Sequence record: KY703222
Direction: 5' to 3' (one strand)
Source of the DNA: Escherichia phage phiC120
DNA: 64,000 bases
Numbering within the stretch: the first letter of the stretch is position 1; the number at the start of each line of letters is the position of its first letter. Below are positions 1 through 10,277 of this stretch, piece after piece. The notes under the pieces are model-generated. The model saw only the letters and a list, made by a program, of their open reading frames with translations. It searched no databases and had not been told where the DNA came from. Position numbers and translations under genes: made by a program.

Positions 1-265
1 ACACATCTTTACGAAGTGCAAACATTAATCCTTTAGCGGCAACATATTGATAATCAGGTTCTTCGACAGAAATCGAGTTGGCTGCAACTTTAATACAAAT
101 CTTCTGAATATCTTTGGTGCTCATCCCGTCAACAAGATGGGTCTTAATTTCTTCGTACAATTCATATGGGTCGATTTGTGTTCCTTCACATTGCCACGTT
201 AATACTTGAATAATTTTCTGTGCATCAAAATTTTGGGATACCCCACTGCTCTTAGTTACTTGCAT
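1..265 (-). CDS. nrdA: Ribonucleotide reductase large subunit NrdA, N-terminal fragment (continues beyond window start)
   Basis: ATG at 265 with GAGGA RBS; translation MQVTKSSGVSQNFDAQKIIQVLTWQCEG... resembles T4 NrdA N-terminus; synteny nrdA-td-frd. Confidence 0.8.
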   Translation of the reverse strand, partial: MQVTKSSGVSQNFDAQKIIQVLTWQCEGTQIDPYELYEEIKTHLVDGMSTKDIQKICIKVAANSISVEEPDYQYVAAKGLMFALRKDV

Positions 266-300
266 ATATTCCTCGGTATAGGTTGATAGACATTACTCCA

Positions 301-323
301 AACGGGATAGTATTTATCCCGTT
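301..323 (-). other. 9-bp stem / 5-nt loop hairpin (AACGGGATA-gtatt-TATCCCGTT) between the 84-aa ORF and nrdA
   Basis: Perfect inverted repeat read directly; no U-run, so not a classical terminator. Confidence 0.35.
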
Positions 324-328
324 AATTT

Positions 329-352
329 ATTATACACTTTTAAACTGAAGCG
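329..352 (-). promoter_or_regulatory. Candidate T4-type middle promoter (MotA-box-like GCTTCA, 11 nt, TATAAT) upstream of nrdA
   Basis: Minus strand reads cGCTTCAgtttaaaagtgTATAATa; resembles MotA box plus -10. Confidence 0.3.
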
Positions 353-607
353 TTAATTATTCTTAGCAATAATTTCTTTGTATTCTTTAGGAGTCAAGAC
401 CGTGATATTGAAATAAACCAACGGTTCTTTTTCCATACCGTAACCACCACAAAATTCACGATATTCATAAATTCGTTCATGTGAATAACAAACGAATCGT
501 TCACCTTTAACTGTGATTTCACTATTTGGTGAAGGGATATCCAGTTCACTTGGATTTTTCATTTCAAAAATTGTGGTGCCATATGAATTAATAAAACGTA
601 AAATCAT
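353..607 (-). CDS. Hypothetical protein (84 aa) between td and nrdA
   Basis: ORF track; start abuts td stop. Confidence 0.5.
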   Translation of the reverse strand: MILRFINSYGTTIFEMKNPSELDIPSPNSEITVKGERFVCYSHERIYEYREFCGGYGMEKEPLVYFNITVLTPKEYKEIIAKNN

Positions 608-608
608 T

Positions 609-1469
609 TTATACCGCCATTTTAGCTTTGATAGCTGGATGTGATTCGTAATTTTTAAGAACGAAATCAGAATGTGTCATCGTTCCAGTAACCCAGTCCA
701 TTTGGATTTTTGTAGGCCAATTCTCAAAATTACTAGGCCAATTAATTTCAAGAGAACACAACTCTTTAGGTTCACGACGAAGAACTTCTTTGCATTGCTC
801 TACGTGGTTGCTGTAGATATGCGTATTGCCGCCTGAGAATACTAAATCACCCGGGATAAGATTACACATCTTAGCCACAATATGCGTCAAGGCAGCGTAC
901 GAGGCAATATTGAATGGCAAACCCAAGAAAACATCAACACTTCTTTGGTACCATTGTAAATCAAGATAACCATTACGCACATTGAACTGATAGAACATGT
1001 GGCAAGGAGGAAGAGCCATTTGATTTATTTCGGCTGGATTCCAGGCAGAAACAATTTGACGACGATCAGTTGGTAATTTTTTAATACGGTCGATTGTTTC
1101 AACTAATTGGTCCACACCGCCGAAATCACGCCATTGTTTACCATATATAGGACCAAGTTCACCACTATGATAACCAAGGTCTTTTGCCTGATTTTCGTAG
1201 TTATCGTCCCAAATAGTTTTACCTTCAATTAGACTACCATGAGTACGAAGTCGTAATTCATTAACATTAGTAGAACCAGACATGAACCATAGTAACTCGG
1301 CAATACAAGCTTTCCATGCTAATTTCTTAGTTGTTACTGCAGGGAATCCTTTAGTCAGATCCCAACGTAATTTAGTTCCGAATAGGGCAATAGTGCCTGT
1401 GCCTGTACGGTCGTCTGTTTCGTAGCCATTTTCTAGGATGTCATTAATCAGGTATTGGTATTGTTTCAT
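609..1469 (-). CDS. td: Thymidylate synthase, uninterrupted (no group I intron)
   Basis: 286 aa, same as T4 Td; contiguous ORF. Confidence 0.95.
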   Translation of the reverse strand: MKQYQYLINDILENGYETDDRTGTGTIALFGTKLRWDLTKGFPAVTTKKLAWKACIAELLWFMSGSTNVNELRLRTHGSLIEGKTIWDDNYENQAKDLGYHSGELGPIYGKQWRDFGGVDQLVETIDRIKKLPTDRRQIVSAWNPAEINQMALPPCHMFYQFNVRNGYLDLQWYQRSVDVFLGLPFNIASYAALTHIVAKMCNLIPGDLVFSGGNTHIYSNHVEQCKEVLRREPKELCSLEINWPSNFENWPTKIQMDWVTGTMTHSDFVLKNYESHPAIKAKMAV

Positions 1470-2053
1470 TTATACACGCTCTCAGTAATTTCGGTGAGTT
1501 CATCGATTCTGTAGTAATGAGATTCTACCATAGAACGTTGAAGCATAATATCTTGGATGAAATCTTTATCAAGTTGAACGTCTGAATTAACACGACATTT
1601 CTTAATGATTTTAGTCATAACAATTTCATCAGCATAAGGCAATGCTTGTTTAAGTAGAGCAGGACCGCCGATAACCGAGACATCGACATGTTCAGTAGAA
1701 AGTTTAAACGGTACGTCTGTTGAAGGGCTGAACAAGTTAATTTCACTACCCATTACCAAGGTAATAAATTCTGCTTGGGTGATATAGAAATGTGCAAGTT
1801 CGTCGGCTTTAGTCCTAGGCAGTTTTCTGGCCATATCAATGACAACCACATGAGTACGATCTGGGAGTAGACGAGGTAATGATGCAAATGTCTTAGCACC
1901 CATAACCATTACAGTGTTTTTAGTGCGAGCAACAAAGTTACTCATATCTTGTTTGATATGCTTCCATGGAAGTCCATCACCTAATCCAAAAGCATATTCT
2001 AGTTTATCATCAACTGTTTTAGACGGAGCACATGCGAACACTAATTTAAGCAT
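1466..2053 (-). CDS. frd: Dihydrofolate reductase
   Basis: 195 aa; DHFR-like (LPWKH... motif); upstream of td as in T4. Confidence 0.9.
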   Translation of the reverse strand: MLKLVFACAPSKTVDDKLEYAFGLGDGLPWKHIKQDMSNFVARTKNTVMVMGAKTFASLPRLLPDRTHVVVIDMARKLPRTKADELAHFYITQAEFITLVMGSEINLFSPSTDVPFKLSTEHVDVSVIGGPALLKQALPYADEIVMTKIIKKCRVNSDVQLDKDFIQDIMLQRSMVESHYYRIDELTEITESVYK

Positions 2054-2055
2054 TT

Positions 2056-2304
2056 TTATTTCCTCAGATTTTTCTTAACAACTTTCCAATCAGCTTTAAA
2101 CGATTCAACGTCAGAGTGGTGAATCCAGAATCCTGCACTTTCGCCGTCTTCGTAGAGTGGACATCCGTCACATTCTTCGTTCCAACCCATTTCACGTAAA
2201 GCTTCTTCAGCTTGTTCAAGGAGTTCAGCATCTTTACCAACGACGTTGAAGTACCATTTACCTTTAACTTCAGAATCTTTGATGCTCTGACGTTGTAATC
2301 TCAT
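2056..2304 (-). CDS. Hypothetical protein (82 aa; ORF track gives a longer 103-aa form)
   Basis: Internal ATG at 2304 has AAGGAG RBS 7 nt upstream; longer form would cover the promoter-like region. Confidence 0.5.
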   Translation of the reverse strand: MRLQRQSIKDSEVKGKWYFNVVGKDAELLEQAEEALREMGWNEECDGCPLYEDGESAGFWIHHSDVESFKADWKVVKKNLRK

Positions 2305-2366
2305 TTTATTCTCCTTCACTTTTGATTTGATAGGGCTACTATAACATAACCCTATCTGTTTATACA

Positions 2367-2759
2367 CTACTTTTTAAAAGTTTTTTGCAAAAGTTTGATG
2401 ATTTCGTCGACGTTGGTTTCATCTACGATACAATGGATTTTTGTTACACCTAAAGTTATACCTTCGTTAGTAGGTTGAGGCTTTACTAAATCTACCTCAG
2501 TAAAGTATTTGAACTCGTCAGGATAAATCTCAAAATAAGTTTCAATTTCACCACCGGCAGAACATACAGTACCATCTTCCATAGTTACACTTACTACGTT
2601 TGGCGTATCGTTATCATAATCAGGTTCCATTCCGTTTACAACAAAACTAGGCCCATGGAGTTCAATCAATTTTAACATCTTAGCGTTATTGTGTGGTGCT
2701 TCTTGAACAAAGTCGTCTTTAAATAAAGGGTTAATGATATAAGATTTTCCGATTTCCAT
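2367..2759 (-). CDS. Hypothetical protein (130 aa; ORF track gives 148 aa)
   Basis: ATG at 2759 preceded by GAGGAA RBS; the longer start at 2813 has none and would overlap the upstream ORF. Confidence 0.5.
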   Translation of the reverse strand: MEIGKSYIINPLFKDDFVQEAPHNNAKMLKLIELHGPSFVVNGMEPDYDNDTPNVVSVTMEDGTVCSAGGEIETYFEIYPDEFKYFTEVDLVKPQPTNEGITLGVTKIHCIVDETNVDEIIKLLQKTFKK

Positions 2760-2769
2760 TTTGATTTCC

Positions 2770-3021
2770 TCATTTGTTGATGTGTTGTAATAAAGATTCC
2801 GCAAACGTCTCATATGATTCCAGGTGTTCTTCTTTAATGCGAACTACATGATTATCACCCGAAGAATAGAACATCTGTACGATAAGAGCTTCGTAATCAG
2901 ACGAAATACATGCTACGTTTTCCGGCTTCAGGCATTCATTGTATGTCGCAACTGGGTCAGTGAAAGCTGCAACGTTTTTGCTACCGCAGTAATCCATACT
3001 TCTTTGAATAATAAAAATCAT
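2770..3021 (-). CDS. Hypothetical protein (83 aa)
   Basis: ORF track; GAGAGG RBS; early promoter immediately upstream. Confidence 0.5.
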   Translation of the reverse strand: MIFIIQRSMDYCGSKNVAAFTDPVATYNECLKPENVACISSDYEALIVQMFYSSGDNHVVRIKEEHLESYETFAESLLQHINK

Positions 3022-3051
3022 TTTATTTTCCTCTCATTTGTTGATAAGTCT

Positions 3052-3080
3052 ATAGTATCATGTTTAAATGAAAAGTAAAC
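3052..3080 (-). promoter_or_regulatory. Sigma70-type early promoter (GTTTAC-17-TACTAT)
   Basis: Minus strand GTTTACttttcatttaaacatgaTACTAT upstream of ORF 2770..3021. Confidence 0.45.
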
Positions 3081-3111
3081 AACTTTTTCGGTAATTTACA
3101 GATACTCAAAA

Positions 3112-3129
3112 GGGAGACCGAAGTCTCCC
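3112..3129 (-). terminator. Hairpin terminator downstream of gene 32 (GGGAGAC-CTTCGG loop-GTCTCCC then U-run)
   Basis: 7-bp GC-rich stem, UUCG tetraloop on minus-strand RNA, then TTTTGAGTAT. Confidence 0.6.
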
Positions 3130-3135
3130 GATTTA

Positions 3136-4038
3136 TTATAGACCAGCTAACAGGTCATCGAGGTCACCATCATCAGAGGATGAGGTAGAGCTCATGAAGT
3201 CATCTTCAGTTTTTGCAGAACTAAAGGCTTCCATGTCTTTATCAAAATCGTCAAGGTCAGAAGCAACTTTATCTGCAACAGAAGCTGCTGCGGCTGCTGC
3301 ACCACCAAGAGCGGCAGTACCAAGAACCTTAGCGAAAGATTCATTTAATTTTTCAAAAGATTTGAACTGGTCTTTAGCCGTCAAAGTAGTAAGGTCTACC
3401 ATCTGGTCATACAGTTCTTTCTGGAATGCTTCGTCATTAATACGAGGAATTTCAGATTGACCCAAGAATTTAGATTCGTCATAGTTGCTAAAACCGGAAA
3501 CCTGCTTAGCTTTCAGAACAAAGTTAGCACCTTCAAACGGACAAGTAACGTCAACTGGAGTTTCACCCATTTCGGTATCAACAGCAATCATTGCATTGAT
3601 TTTGTCCCAAATCTTTTTACCGAAACGATATTTAAATACTTTACCTTCGTTATCTGGAGCTTGAGGGTCTTTAACAACCAGAATATTAGCCCAATAAGAA
3701 GTTTTACGTTTCAGTTGAGAATATTCAGTTTTGTTGGTATTGTATAGGTCATTTTTACTAATGTACTGACATACAGGACAAGAGTCGTAATCACCGTGTG
3801 TAGAAGAACAATTTTCAATATACCATTTACCATTTTTCTTGAAACCGTGGTTAACAAGAATTGCAAATGGTAGTGCATCATCAGTTTTTGCTGGCAAGAA
3901 ACGAATTACCGCTTGACCATTACCTGATGCATCTAGCTTCAGCTTCCATTCGCCTTTATCTTCTGAAGAGAAACCTTTGTTACCGTTCAGTTTAGCCATT
4001 TGAGCAGCGAGGTCAGCAGTAGATTTACGTTTAAACAT
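3136..4038 (-). CDS. 32: Single-stranded DNA-binding protein gp32
   Basis: 300 aa; near-identical over long stretches to T4 gp32 (MFKRKSTA...[14 protein letters not shown]...acidic C-terminus DLDDLLAGL). Confidence 0.97.
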   Translation of the reverse strand: MFKRKSTADLAAQMAKLNGNKGFSSEDKGEWKLKLDASGNGQAVIRFLPAKTDDALPFAILVNHGFKKNGKWYIENCSSTHGDYDSCPVCQYISKNDLYNTNKTEYSQLKRKTSYWANILVVKDPQAPDNEGKVFKYRFGKKIWDKINAMIAVDTEMGETPVDVTCPFEGANFVLKAKQVSGFSNYDESKFLGQSEIPRINDEAFQKELYDQMVDLTTLTAKDQFKSFEKLNESFAKVLGTAALGGAAAAAASVADKVASDLDDFDKDMEAFSSAKTEDDFMSSTSSSDDGDLDDLLAGL

Positions 4039-4110
4039 TATATTTACCTTTATTTAGATTATTTAATTTATTTACAGTTGGTTGCTACGACACTTATACC
4101 TCGTAGCTGG
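4039..4110 (-). promoter_or_regulatory. Gene 32 5' leader: AU-rich translational operator plus upstream hairpin (pseudoknot region)
   Basis: Minus strand has stem GCTACGA/TCGTAGC followed by AAATAAATTAAATAATCTAAATAAAGGTAAATATA-ATG, as in T4 gp32 autoregulation. Confidence 0.5.
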
Positions 4111-4154
4111 TATGATTTATTTATAAAGTAATTTTAACACACAAGAAATAAAGC

Positions 4155-4808
4155 TTAATACTTACATGATTTGATTGTTTCTATGAACAATTTCTTAGCA
4201 GCATTTCCATCGATTTGAAGTATTTTTCGATATGCCTTTAATTTGGTAGAATAATTTTGCCAGACTAAATTGTCGGTGAGTTCGTCGTGCTTATCTATAA
4301 TATTCAAGAATGAATCCAACAACAAGAAGGTTTCAAACGAAATTATATTGCTTTGTAACAATTTAAATATGTAGCTCGACTGAACTTTATTATTATAATC
4401 AAATATCTCTTGAAGCGCACTAACTTCCACTTTCTTACTGAAATAGTAGATGTTACGTACGTCTTCAGCAAACGTCTCCTTGGCCTGTTTGAGACGTCCA
4501 ATATATTCCCTATAGAAAACTAATGCATCAGCGTCCGATATCTCACCAATCCATGCATCTTGGTTAGCAACTAAGTTACTGATGAATATCAAAGTGAGTT
4601 CCTTTAACTTATATTTCTCTGATAGTTTCTCAAAGAAATATTTATCTCGGCGTTTTTGATACGCATTATCCGAAACACGCATGCACCAGTTATATTTGAT
4701 TACGTCATACCGACCATTAAAATGTTGTTTGCACATCAAGTATAGTTTGTATACCGATTTTCCATTAATATAACGTTCTCCATCAGGAGGCATGCGTATT
4801 TTAATCAT
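4155..4808 (-). CDS. 59: Helicase loader gp59
   Basis: 217 aa, same as T4 gp59; synteny 32-59-33. Confidence 0.9.
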   Translation of the reverse strand: MIKIRMPPDGERYINGKSVYKLYLMCKQHFNGRYDVIKYNWCMRVSDNAYQKRRDKYFFEKLSEKYKLKELTLIFISNLVANQDAWIGEISDADALVFYREYIGRLKQAKETFAEDVRNIYYFSKKVEVSALQEIFDYNNKVQSSYIFKLLQSNIISFETFLLLDSFLNIIDKHDELTDNLVWQNYSTKLKAYRKILQIDGNAAKKLFIETIKSCKY

Positions 4809-5143
4809 AATAAGAAATCTAACGTATTAGTTTTTTCACCACGAGCAACTGATGGGCGAAGCATATTTTCGTCAATTGCTTCACTTGTAATTTTTTCAAC
4901 AATTCCTGTAGGAATAAATTTAGCAAATTGTGTTTCTGGAATAGAATTTTCTTCCAAGAAAGCAGTTGTTGCTTCTAAATAAGACATACCAAATTGTTCA
5001 ACCATGGATTCGATAATGAATCCGTTTTCTTGACGGTCAAGCAATTTAGCGATATCATCTTTATCGTGTTTTACTGCTAATTCTTGTTCAGATAAACCGG
5101 CCTCATCAACCGGTTTAATATCACTTAGTGAAAACTGTGTCAT
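4805..5143 (-). CDS. 33: Late transcription co-activator gp33
   Basis: 112 aa as in T4; C-terminal LDFLL clamp-binding-type motif. Confidence 0.8.
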   Translation of the reverse strand: MTQFSLSDIKPVDEAGLSEQELAVKHDKDDIAKLLDRQENGFIIESMVEQFGMSYLEATTAFLEENSIPETQFAKFIPTGIVEKITSEAIDENMLRPSVARGEKTNTLDFLL

Positions 5144-5390
5144 AAAGCTCGACTACCTCTTCGTTTTCAGCTTCAAATTGGTCACGAGCATCTTTATGAT
5201 AAAGAGCTAACAAACGATTAAACATTTTTCCATCAACGCCAAGCTCTTCTTTAGCACGAGTACGAATGTCTTTAATCAGTTCATTATAACCAGAAATTTT
5301 AAGTTTGTTATCGGAAGCTTCCTTGACTAGTTTAGCCAGTTCTTCACCATGCACATCTTGATTAAATTCAACTGCTTCTTTCTTAGCCAT
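5121..5390 (-). CDS. dsbA: dsDNA-binding protein DsbA (89 aa from ATG 5390)
   Basis: ATG at 5390 has GAGGT RBS and gives the T4 size of 89 aa; ORF track start at 5408 would overlap rnh. Confidence 0.7.
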   Translation of the reverse strand: MAKKEAVEFNQDVHGEELAKLVKEASDNKLKISGYNELIKDIRTRAKEELGVDGKMFNRLLALYHKDARDQFEAENEEVVELYDTVFTK

Positions 5391-5397
5391 GTTTACC

Positions 5398-6315
5398 TCA
5401 GAATTCATTAATTACACTTGTTAATTTAGAAAGACCCGATTTTACAAAGTATGAATAAATCTTGCCTTTAGGTTGTTGTTTATACGAGTTATAATACTCT
5501 ATAATGGTTGAAGCAATATTATCAGGGATATAATCAAAATCAATGAGAACCAAATTTTCTTGATACCGTTTATATTCTTCTGCACTTAATAATACTTCAG
5601 CTTGAGAACGGTCATTAGCAATTGCTTCAATAATTGATGTTTTCATGCTTGGAGTTCGTTCACCTTCAACTCGAGTAAACCAGAAGTCACCACGAACTCG
5701 AACAGATGCAACACCATCTTTACGGTCGCCTTTAAGAATTTTAGTCATGCAATCAATTTCGGCAGAACCATTCTTAATTTTAACCCATTTTTTCTGTGGT
5801 GGCGACCACTGTTTAACGTTAGGATATTTGTGTAATTGTGTAAAGTCACCATCTGATGCAACAATACACACCTTATGACCAGCTAATGACAAATATTTAG
5901 TTAATACACCGATATGGTCATCCGCTTCGTATTTGTCAATATCCATTACAACATATGGCATATATTTCTTAATCTCATCAACAACTTGATGAAGTGCAGT
6001 AAAATATCCTTCCCAATCCCACTTTGAAGCTTCACGATCGGTTTTACGATTTTTCTTATAATAATAAGCAAAGTCACGACGCCAATATCCAGAAGTAGCG
6101 TTATCCATGCACAATACAAATTTTGTATAACCTTGCTTACGGAACATCACTACGTTTTTACGAATTGAATTCAAGACTACGTGACGAACCATCGGAACAG
6201 TAATTTTATCACCCTCTTCAAAGTTGTTTAATGCAGCTGCCAATGCAATGTTACTAAAGTCTGCAAGCGCAATACCTTCTTTGTAATCTTCATCCAACAT
6301 CATTTCTAAATCCAT
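5398..6315 (-). CDS. rnh: RNase H (5'-3' exonuclease)
   Basis: 305 aa as in T4; synteny before gene 34. Confidence 0.9.
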   Translation of the reverse strand: MDLEMMLDEDYKEGIALADFSNIALAAALNNFEEGDKITVPMVRHVVLNSIRKNVVMFRKQGYTKFVLCMDNATSGYWRRDFAYYYKKNRKTDREASKWDWEGYFTALHQVVDEIKKYMPYVVMDIDKYEADDHIGVLTKYLSLAGHKVCIVASDGDFTQLHKYPNVKQWSPPQKKWVKIKNGSAEIDCMTKILKGDRKDGVASVRVRGDFWFTRVEGERTPSMKTSIIEAIANDRSQAEVLLSAEEYKRYQENLVLIDFDYIPDNIASTIIEYYNSYKQQPKGKIYSYFVKSGLSKLTSVINEF

Positions 6316-6393
6316 ATGAACCTCTTGTTCAGTTAGTCAACTTAGACCATAGTAACATACTAGTTCGAAAGCGTAAATAGTCTTTTACTCATT

Positions 6394-6401
6394 TATAAAT
6401 A
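6394..6401 (+). promoter_or_regulatory. T4 late promoter TATAAATA for gene 34
   Basis: Exact TATAAATA about 35 nt upstream of gene 34 ATG. Confidence 0.65.
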
Positions 6402-6435
6402 GTAAAATAGAACACATAATGATAAGAGGACTACC

Positions 6436-9400
6436 ATGGTTGACATCAAACGTAAGTTCAGGGCCGAAGATGGTCTTGACGCAGGCGGTGATAAGATAGT
6501 TAACGTTGCGCTTGCTGACCGCACAGTTGGCACCGATGGCGTGAACGTTGACTTTTTGGTGCAAGAAAACACCGTACAGAATTATGACGATACGCGCGCG
6601 TATACAAAAGATTTTATTGTTCTTTATGATAATCGTTTTTATCAAGCTTTAAGCGATATTCCAGCTCCGGCAGGCCCTTTCTCTTTGGCTAAATGGAAGG
6701 CAACTCGTACAGATGCAGAATGGATTACAGTTCAAGGCGGAGATTTCCAATTATCAGTAGGTAACTCTATTGCGGTTGATACTTCAGCTGGCACTGATAT
6801 TAATTTCACTTTGCCTCAAAATCCTTTAGATGGCGATACAGTTATTTTGTCTGATATTGGCGGTAGAGTAGGCTATGTAAAAGTTCAAATTACTGCAGCG
6901 GCTCAAAGTATTGTAAACTTTAGAGGACAGCAGGTTCGTTCAGTTTTAATGACGCACCCAAAATCTAAAATGGTCTTCATTTTTAGCAACCGCCTATGGC
7001 AAATGTATGTTTCTGATTACGAACGTAATGCAGTCACAGTAACTCCTGCTAAGCCATATCAGGCGCAACCTAACGATTTTATCATTCGACGTTTTACATC
7101 AGCCGCTCCTATTAATATTACATTGCCTCGCAATGCTAATAATGGCGATATTATTAATTTAGTTGTTTTAGACAAATTAAACCCATTATATCACACAATT
7201 GTCAAAACTTACGATGATACAACTTCTATACGAGAAGCCGGTGTTCATGTAGCAGAAGGACGTAATACTGCGGAAGCATTCTTTGTTTATGATTCTGCTA
7301 ATAGCTTATGGCGTGTTTGGGAAGGTGACCAGAAATCTCGTTTACGTATAGTTCGTAATGATACTGATTTACACCCTAATGAAGAAGTTCTTGTTTTTGG
7401 AACTAATAATGATACAATCTCGACGGTAAATCTTACTTTGCCTACAGATATTTTGTCTGGTGATACTGTTAAAATATCGTTGAATTATATGCGTAAAGGG
7501 CAAACTGTAAAAATTAAAGCTGCCGAAGGCGATACAATTGCTAGCAGTATTTCTTTATTACAGTTCCCAAAACGTTCAGAGTATCCACCTGATGCACAAT
7601 GGGTTTCTGTTAATGAGTTGGAATTTAATGGTGATACTTCGTATGTACCTGTACTTGAGTTAGCTTATATAGAAGATTATTCATCTGAAACAAAATATTG
7701 GGTAGTTCAACAAAACACCGTAACCGTCGAACGAGTCGATGCATCGAGCAATACAACTCGAGCTCGTTTAGGTGTTATTGCTCTTGCTTCTCAAGCGCAA
7801 GCAAATGTTGATTTAGAAAATGCTCCTGGTAAAGAACTGGCTATTACTCCGGAAACATTAGCAAATCGTACAGCAACTGAAACTCGTCGTGGTATTGCTC
7901 GTATTGCAACAACTGCACAAGTTAACCAGAACACCGATTTTGCATTCCAAGACGACTTGATTATTTCTCCTAAGAAATTGAACGAACGTACAGCAACTGA
8001 AACCCGTAGAGGTGTTGCTGAAGTTGCAACTCAGGCTGAAACTAATGCTGGCACAGATGATACCACTATTATTACTCCTAAGAAATTGGATGCTCGTCAA
8101 GGTTCTGAAGTTTTATCTGGTATTGTAAAATACACATCTACGACTGGTACTACAGCTGCTACTATTCGTGGTAATGCTGGGACTAACGTTTATAACAAAG
8201 CTGTAGATAATTTAACTATTTCTCCAAAGGCTCTTGACCAGTATAAAGCTACCCCTACTCAACAGGGCGCAGTAATTCTTGCTATTGAAAGTGAAGTTAT
8301 CGCTGGCGAATCACAAGCCGGTTGGGCTAATGCTGTAGTGACTCCTGAAACTCTGCATAAGAAAACTTCTACTGATGGACGTATTGGTTTAATTGAAATT
8401 GCTACGCAAGCAGAAACTAACACTGGAACTGATTATACTAGAGCAGTAACGCCTAAGACGTTAAATGATAGGAAAGCTACGGAAGGATTATCCGGCATAG
8501 CCGAAATTGCTACGCAAGTTGAATTTGATACTGGAACTGACGATACTCGTATCTCGTCTCCACTGAAAATTAAAACTCATTTTGATTCTTCTGACCGTAC
8601 CAGTGTTAATTCTGATTCCGGACTTATTGAAGAAGGAACCTTGTGGAACCATTATACTCTTGATATTTCTAAAGCAAATGAAACACAACGCGGTACACTT
8701 CGCGTAGCGACCCAAGCAGAATCTAATGCAGGAACTTTAGATGATGTTCTTATTACTCCTAAAAAGCTTTTAGGGACTAAGTCCACTGAAACATCTGAAG
8801 GTGTAATTAAGGTTGCTACTCAAGATGAAACTGTAACGGGAACTTCTGCTAATACTGCTGTATCTCCTAAGAATTTAAAATGGATTGTTCAATCAGAACC
8901 AACATGGGCTGCTACTACGGCAATTCGTGGATTCGTTAAAACTTCATCTGGTTCTATTACATTCGTTGGTGACGATACTCAAGGTAGTACCCAGGACCTG
9001 AATCTTTACGAGAAAAATAGTTATGCTATTTCTCCATATGAATTAAACCGTGTACTTGCTAACTATTTGCCATTGAAAGCTAAAGCCGTAGATAGTAATC
9101 TGTTAGATGGTCTAGATTCTCTTCAGTTCATCCGTAGAGACATCGACCAGACGGTTAATGGTTCTTTAAGTCTTACTAAACAGACCAACCTGAGTGCTCC
9201 TTTAGTATCTACAAGCACTGCTTCTTTTGGGTCCGAAGCATCTGTTACTCGTAGATTAACTCTTAATGACTCTAGCGGTTCCGAAATAGTTTTCACTAAA
9301 GGAACTCAATCTCTTAGTAATAAAGAGAATTTCGTTGTTAGAGCATGGGGTAATAGCGCTACAGATGGTGCCCGTGATACAATATTTGAAGCTGGTGACG

Positions 9401-10269
9401 AAACCGGATACCATTTCTATTCTCAGCGCGCTTCTGATAATAAAGTATCATTTAATATTAATGGAACACTTTATTCAACAGGTATTGTTTCTACAAATGG
9501 ATTAAATGTTACAGGTGTTTCTACCTTTACCGGGCCTATTAGTGCTACAGGTGAAATTGTTTCTAGTTCTCCTATTGCATTCAGAGCTATTAACGGTAAC
9601 TATGGTGTTATGCTTTATAATGCTGGTGACAGTTCTTATATTGCATTAACTAACTCAGGTGACCAGACAGGGACGTTTAATAACTTACGCCCGATCACGA
9701 TTAACAATGCCACAGGATTAGTTCGTCTTGACAATGGTGTTCAAATCACAAGTGGTGCAACAATAACTACCGGTGGGTTAACTGTAAATAACAGGATTAT
9801 TTCTAATGGCGTTAAAACTGCCACTGTTTATACCGATAAACCAACAGCTTCTACTGTAGGTTTTTGGTCTATTGACATTAACGATTCTGCTGTATATAGC
9901 CAATTCCCTGGTTACTGGACACGTGATAACAAAGGTAACCGTGACCAAGAAATTAAATATCCTGGTACTTTGACTCAATTCGGCAATAGCTTAGATTCGC
10001 TTTATCAGGATTGGATTTGTTATCCTACAGGTGCAAATGGTGGTAGTATTCGTTATACTCGTACCTGGCAGAAAAATAAAGATGCTTGGACTTCATTTGC
10101 AATGGTATTTGATAGTGGCAACCCACCTTCACCTAGCGATGTCGGTGCTATCCCATCTGATAATGCTGTTATTGGAAACCTTACTGTTCGAGACTTCTTA
10201 CAATTAGGAAATGTGAGAATTGTTCCAGACCCGGTTAACAAAACCGTTAAATTTATATGGGTTGAATAA
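6436..10269 (+). CDS. 34: Long tail fiber proximal subunit gp34
   Basis: 1277 aa; extensive identity to T4 gp34 as I recall it, including the repeated TATETRRG... motifs. Confidence 0.97.
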   Translation: MVDIKRKFRAEDGLDAGGDKIVNVALADRTVGTDGVNVDFLVQENTVQNYDDTRAYTKDFIVLYDNRFYQALSDIPAPAGPFSLAKWKATRTDAEWITVQGGDFQLSVGNSIAVDTSAGTDINFTLPQNPLDGDTVILSDIGGRVGYVKVQITAAAQSIVNFRGQQVRSVLMTHPKSKMVFIFSNRLWQMYVSDYERNAVTVTPAKPYQAQPNDFIIRRFTSAAPINITLPRNANNGDIINLVVLDKLNPLYHTIVKTYDDTTSIREAGVHVAEGRNTAEAFFVYDSANSLWRVWEGDQKSRLRIVRNDTDLHPNEEVLVFGTNNDTISTVNLTLPTDILSGDTVKISLNYMRKGQTVKIKAAEGDTIASSISLLQFPKRSEYPPDAQWVSVNELEFNGDTSYVPVLELAYIEDYSSETKYWVVQQNTVTVERVDASSNTTRARLGVIALASQAQANVDLENAPGKELAITPETLANRTATETRRGIARIATTAQVNQNTDFAFQDDLIISPKKLNERTATETRRGVAEVATQAETNAGTDDTTIITPKKLDARQGSEVLSGIVKYTSTTGTTAATIRGNAGTNVYNKAVDNLTISPKALDQYKATPTQQGAVILAIESEVIAGESQAGWANAVVTPETLHKKTSTDGRIGLIEIATQAETNTGTDYTRAVTPKTLNDRKATEGLSGIAEIATQVEFDTGTDDTRISSPLKIKTHFDSSDRTSVNSDSGLIEEGTLWNHYTLDISKANETQRGTLRVATQAESNAGTLDDVLITPKKLLGTKSTETSEGVIKVATQDETVTGTSANTAVSPKNLKWIVQSEPTWAATTAIRGFVKTSSGSITFVGDDTQGSTQDLNLYEKNSYAISPYELNRVLANYLPLKAKAVDSNLLDGLDSLQFIRRDIDQTVNGSLSLTKQTNLSAPLVSTSTASFGSEASVTRRLTLNDSSGSEIVFTKGTQSLSNKENFVVRAWGNSATDGARDTIFEAGDETGYHFYSQRASDNKVSFNINGTLYSTGIVSTNGLNVTGVSTFTGPISATGEIVSSSPIAFRAINGNYGVMLYNAGDSSYIALTNSGDQTGTFNNLRPITINNATGLVRLDNGVQITSGATITTGGLTVNNRIISNGVKTATVYTDKPTASTVGFWSIDINDSAVYSQFPGYWTRDNKGNRDQEIKYPGTLTQFGNSLDSLYQDWICYPTGANGGSIRYTRTWQKNKDAWTSFAMVFDSGNPPSPSDVGAIPSDNAVIGNLTVRDFLQLGNVRIVPDPVNKTVKFIWVE

Positions 10270-10277
10270 GAGGTTAT

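Noticed and set aside
3194-3747. Plus-strand ORFs 3194..3460 and 3457..3747
   Set aside because: Antisense to the well-supported gene 32; low-complexity translations and no RBS.
6385-6645. Minus-strand 86-aa ORF overlapping the gene 34 start and its late promoter
   Set aside because: Overlaps the gene 34 start and its late promoter; AT-rich low-complexity translation and no RBS.
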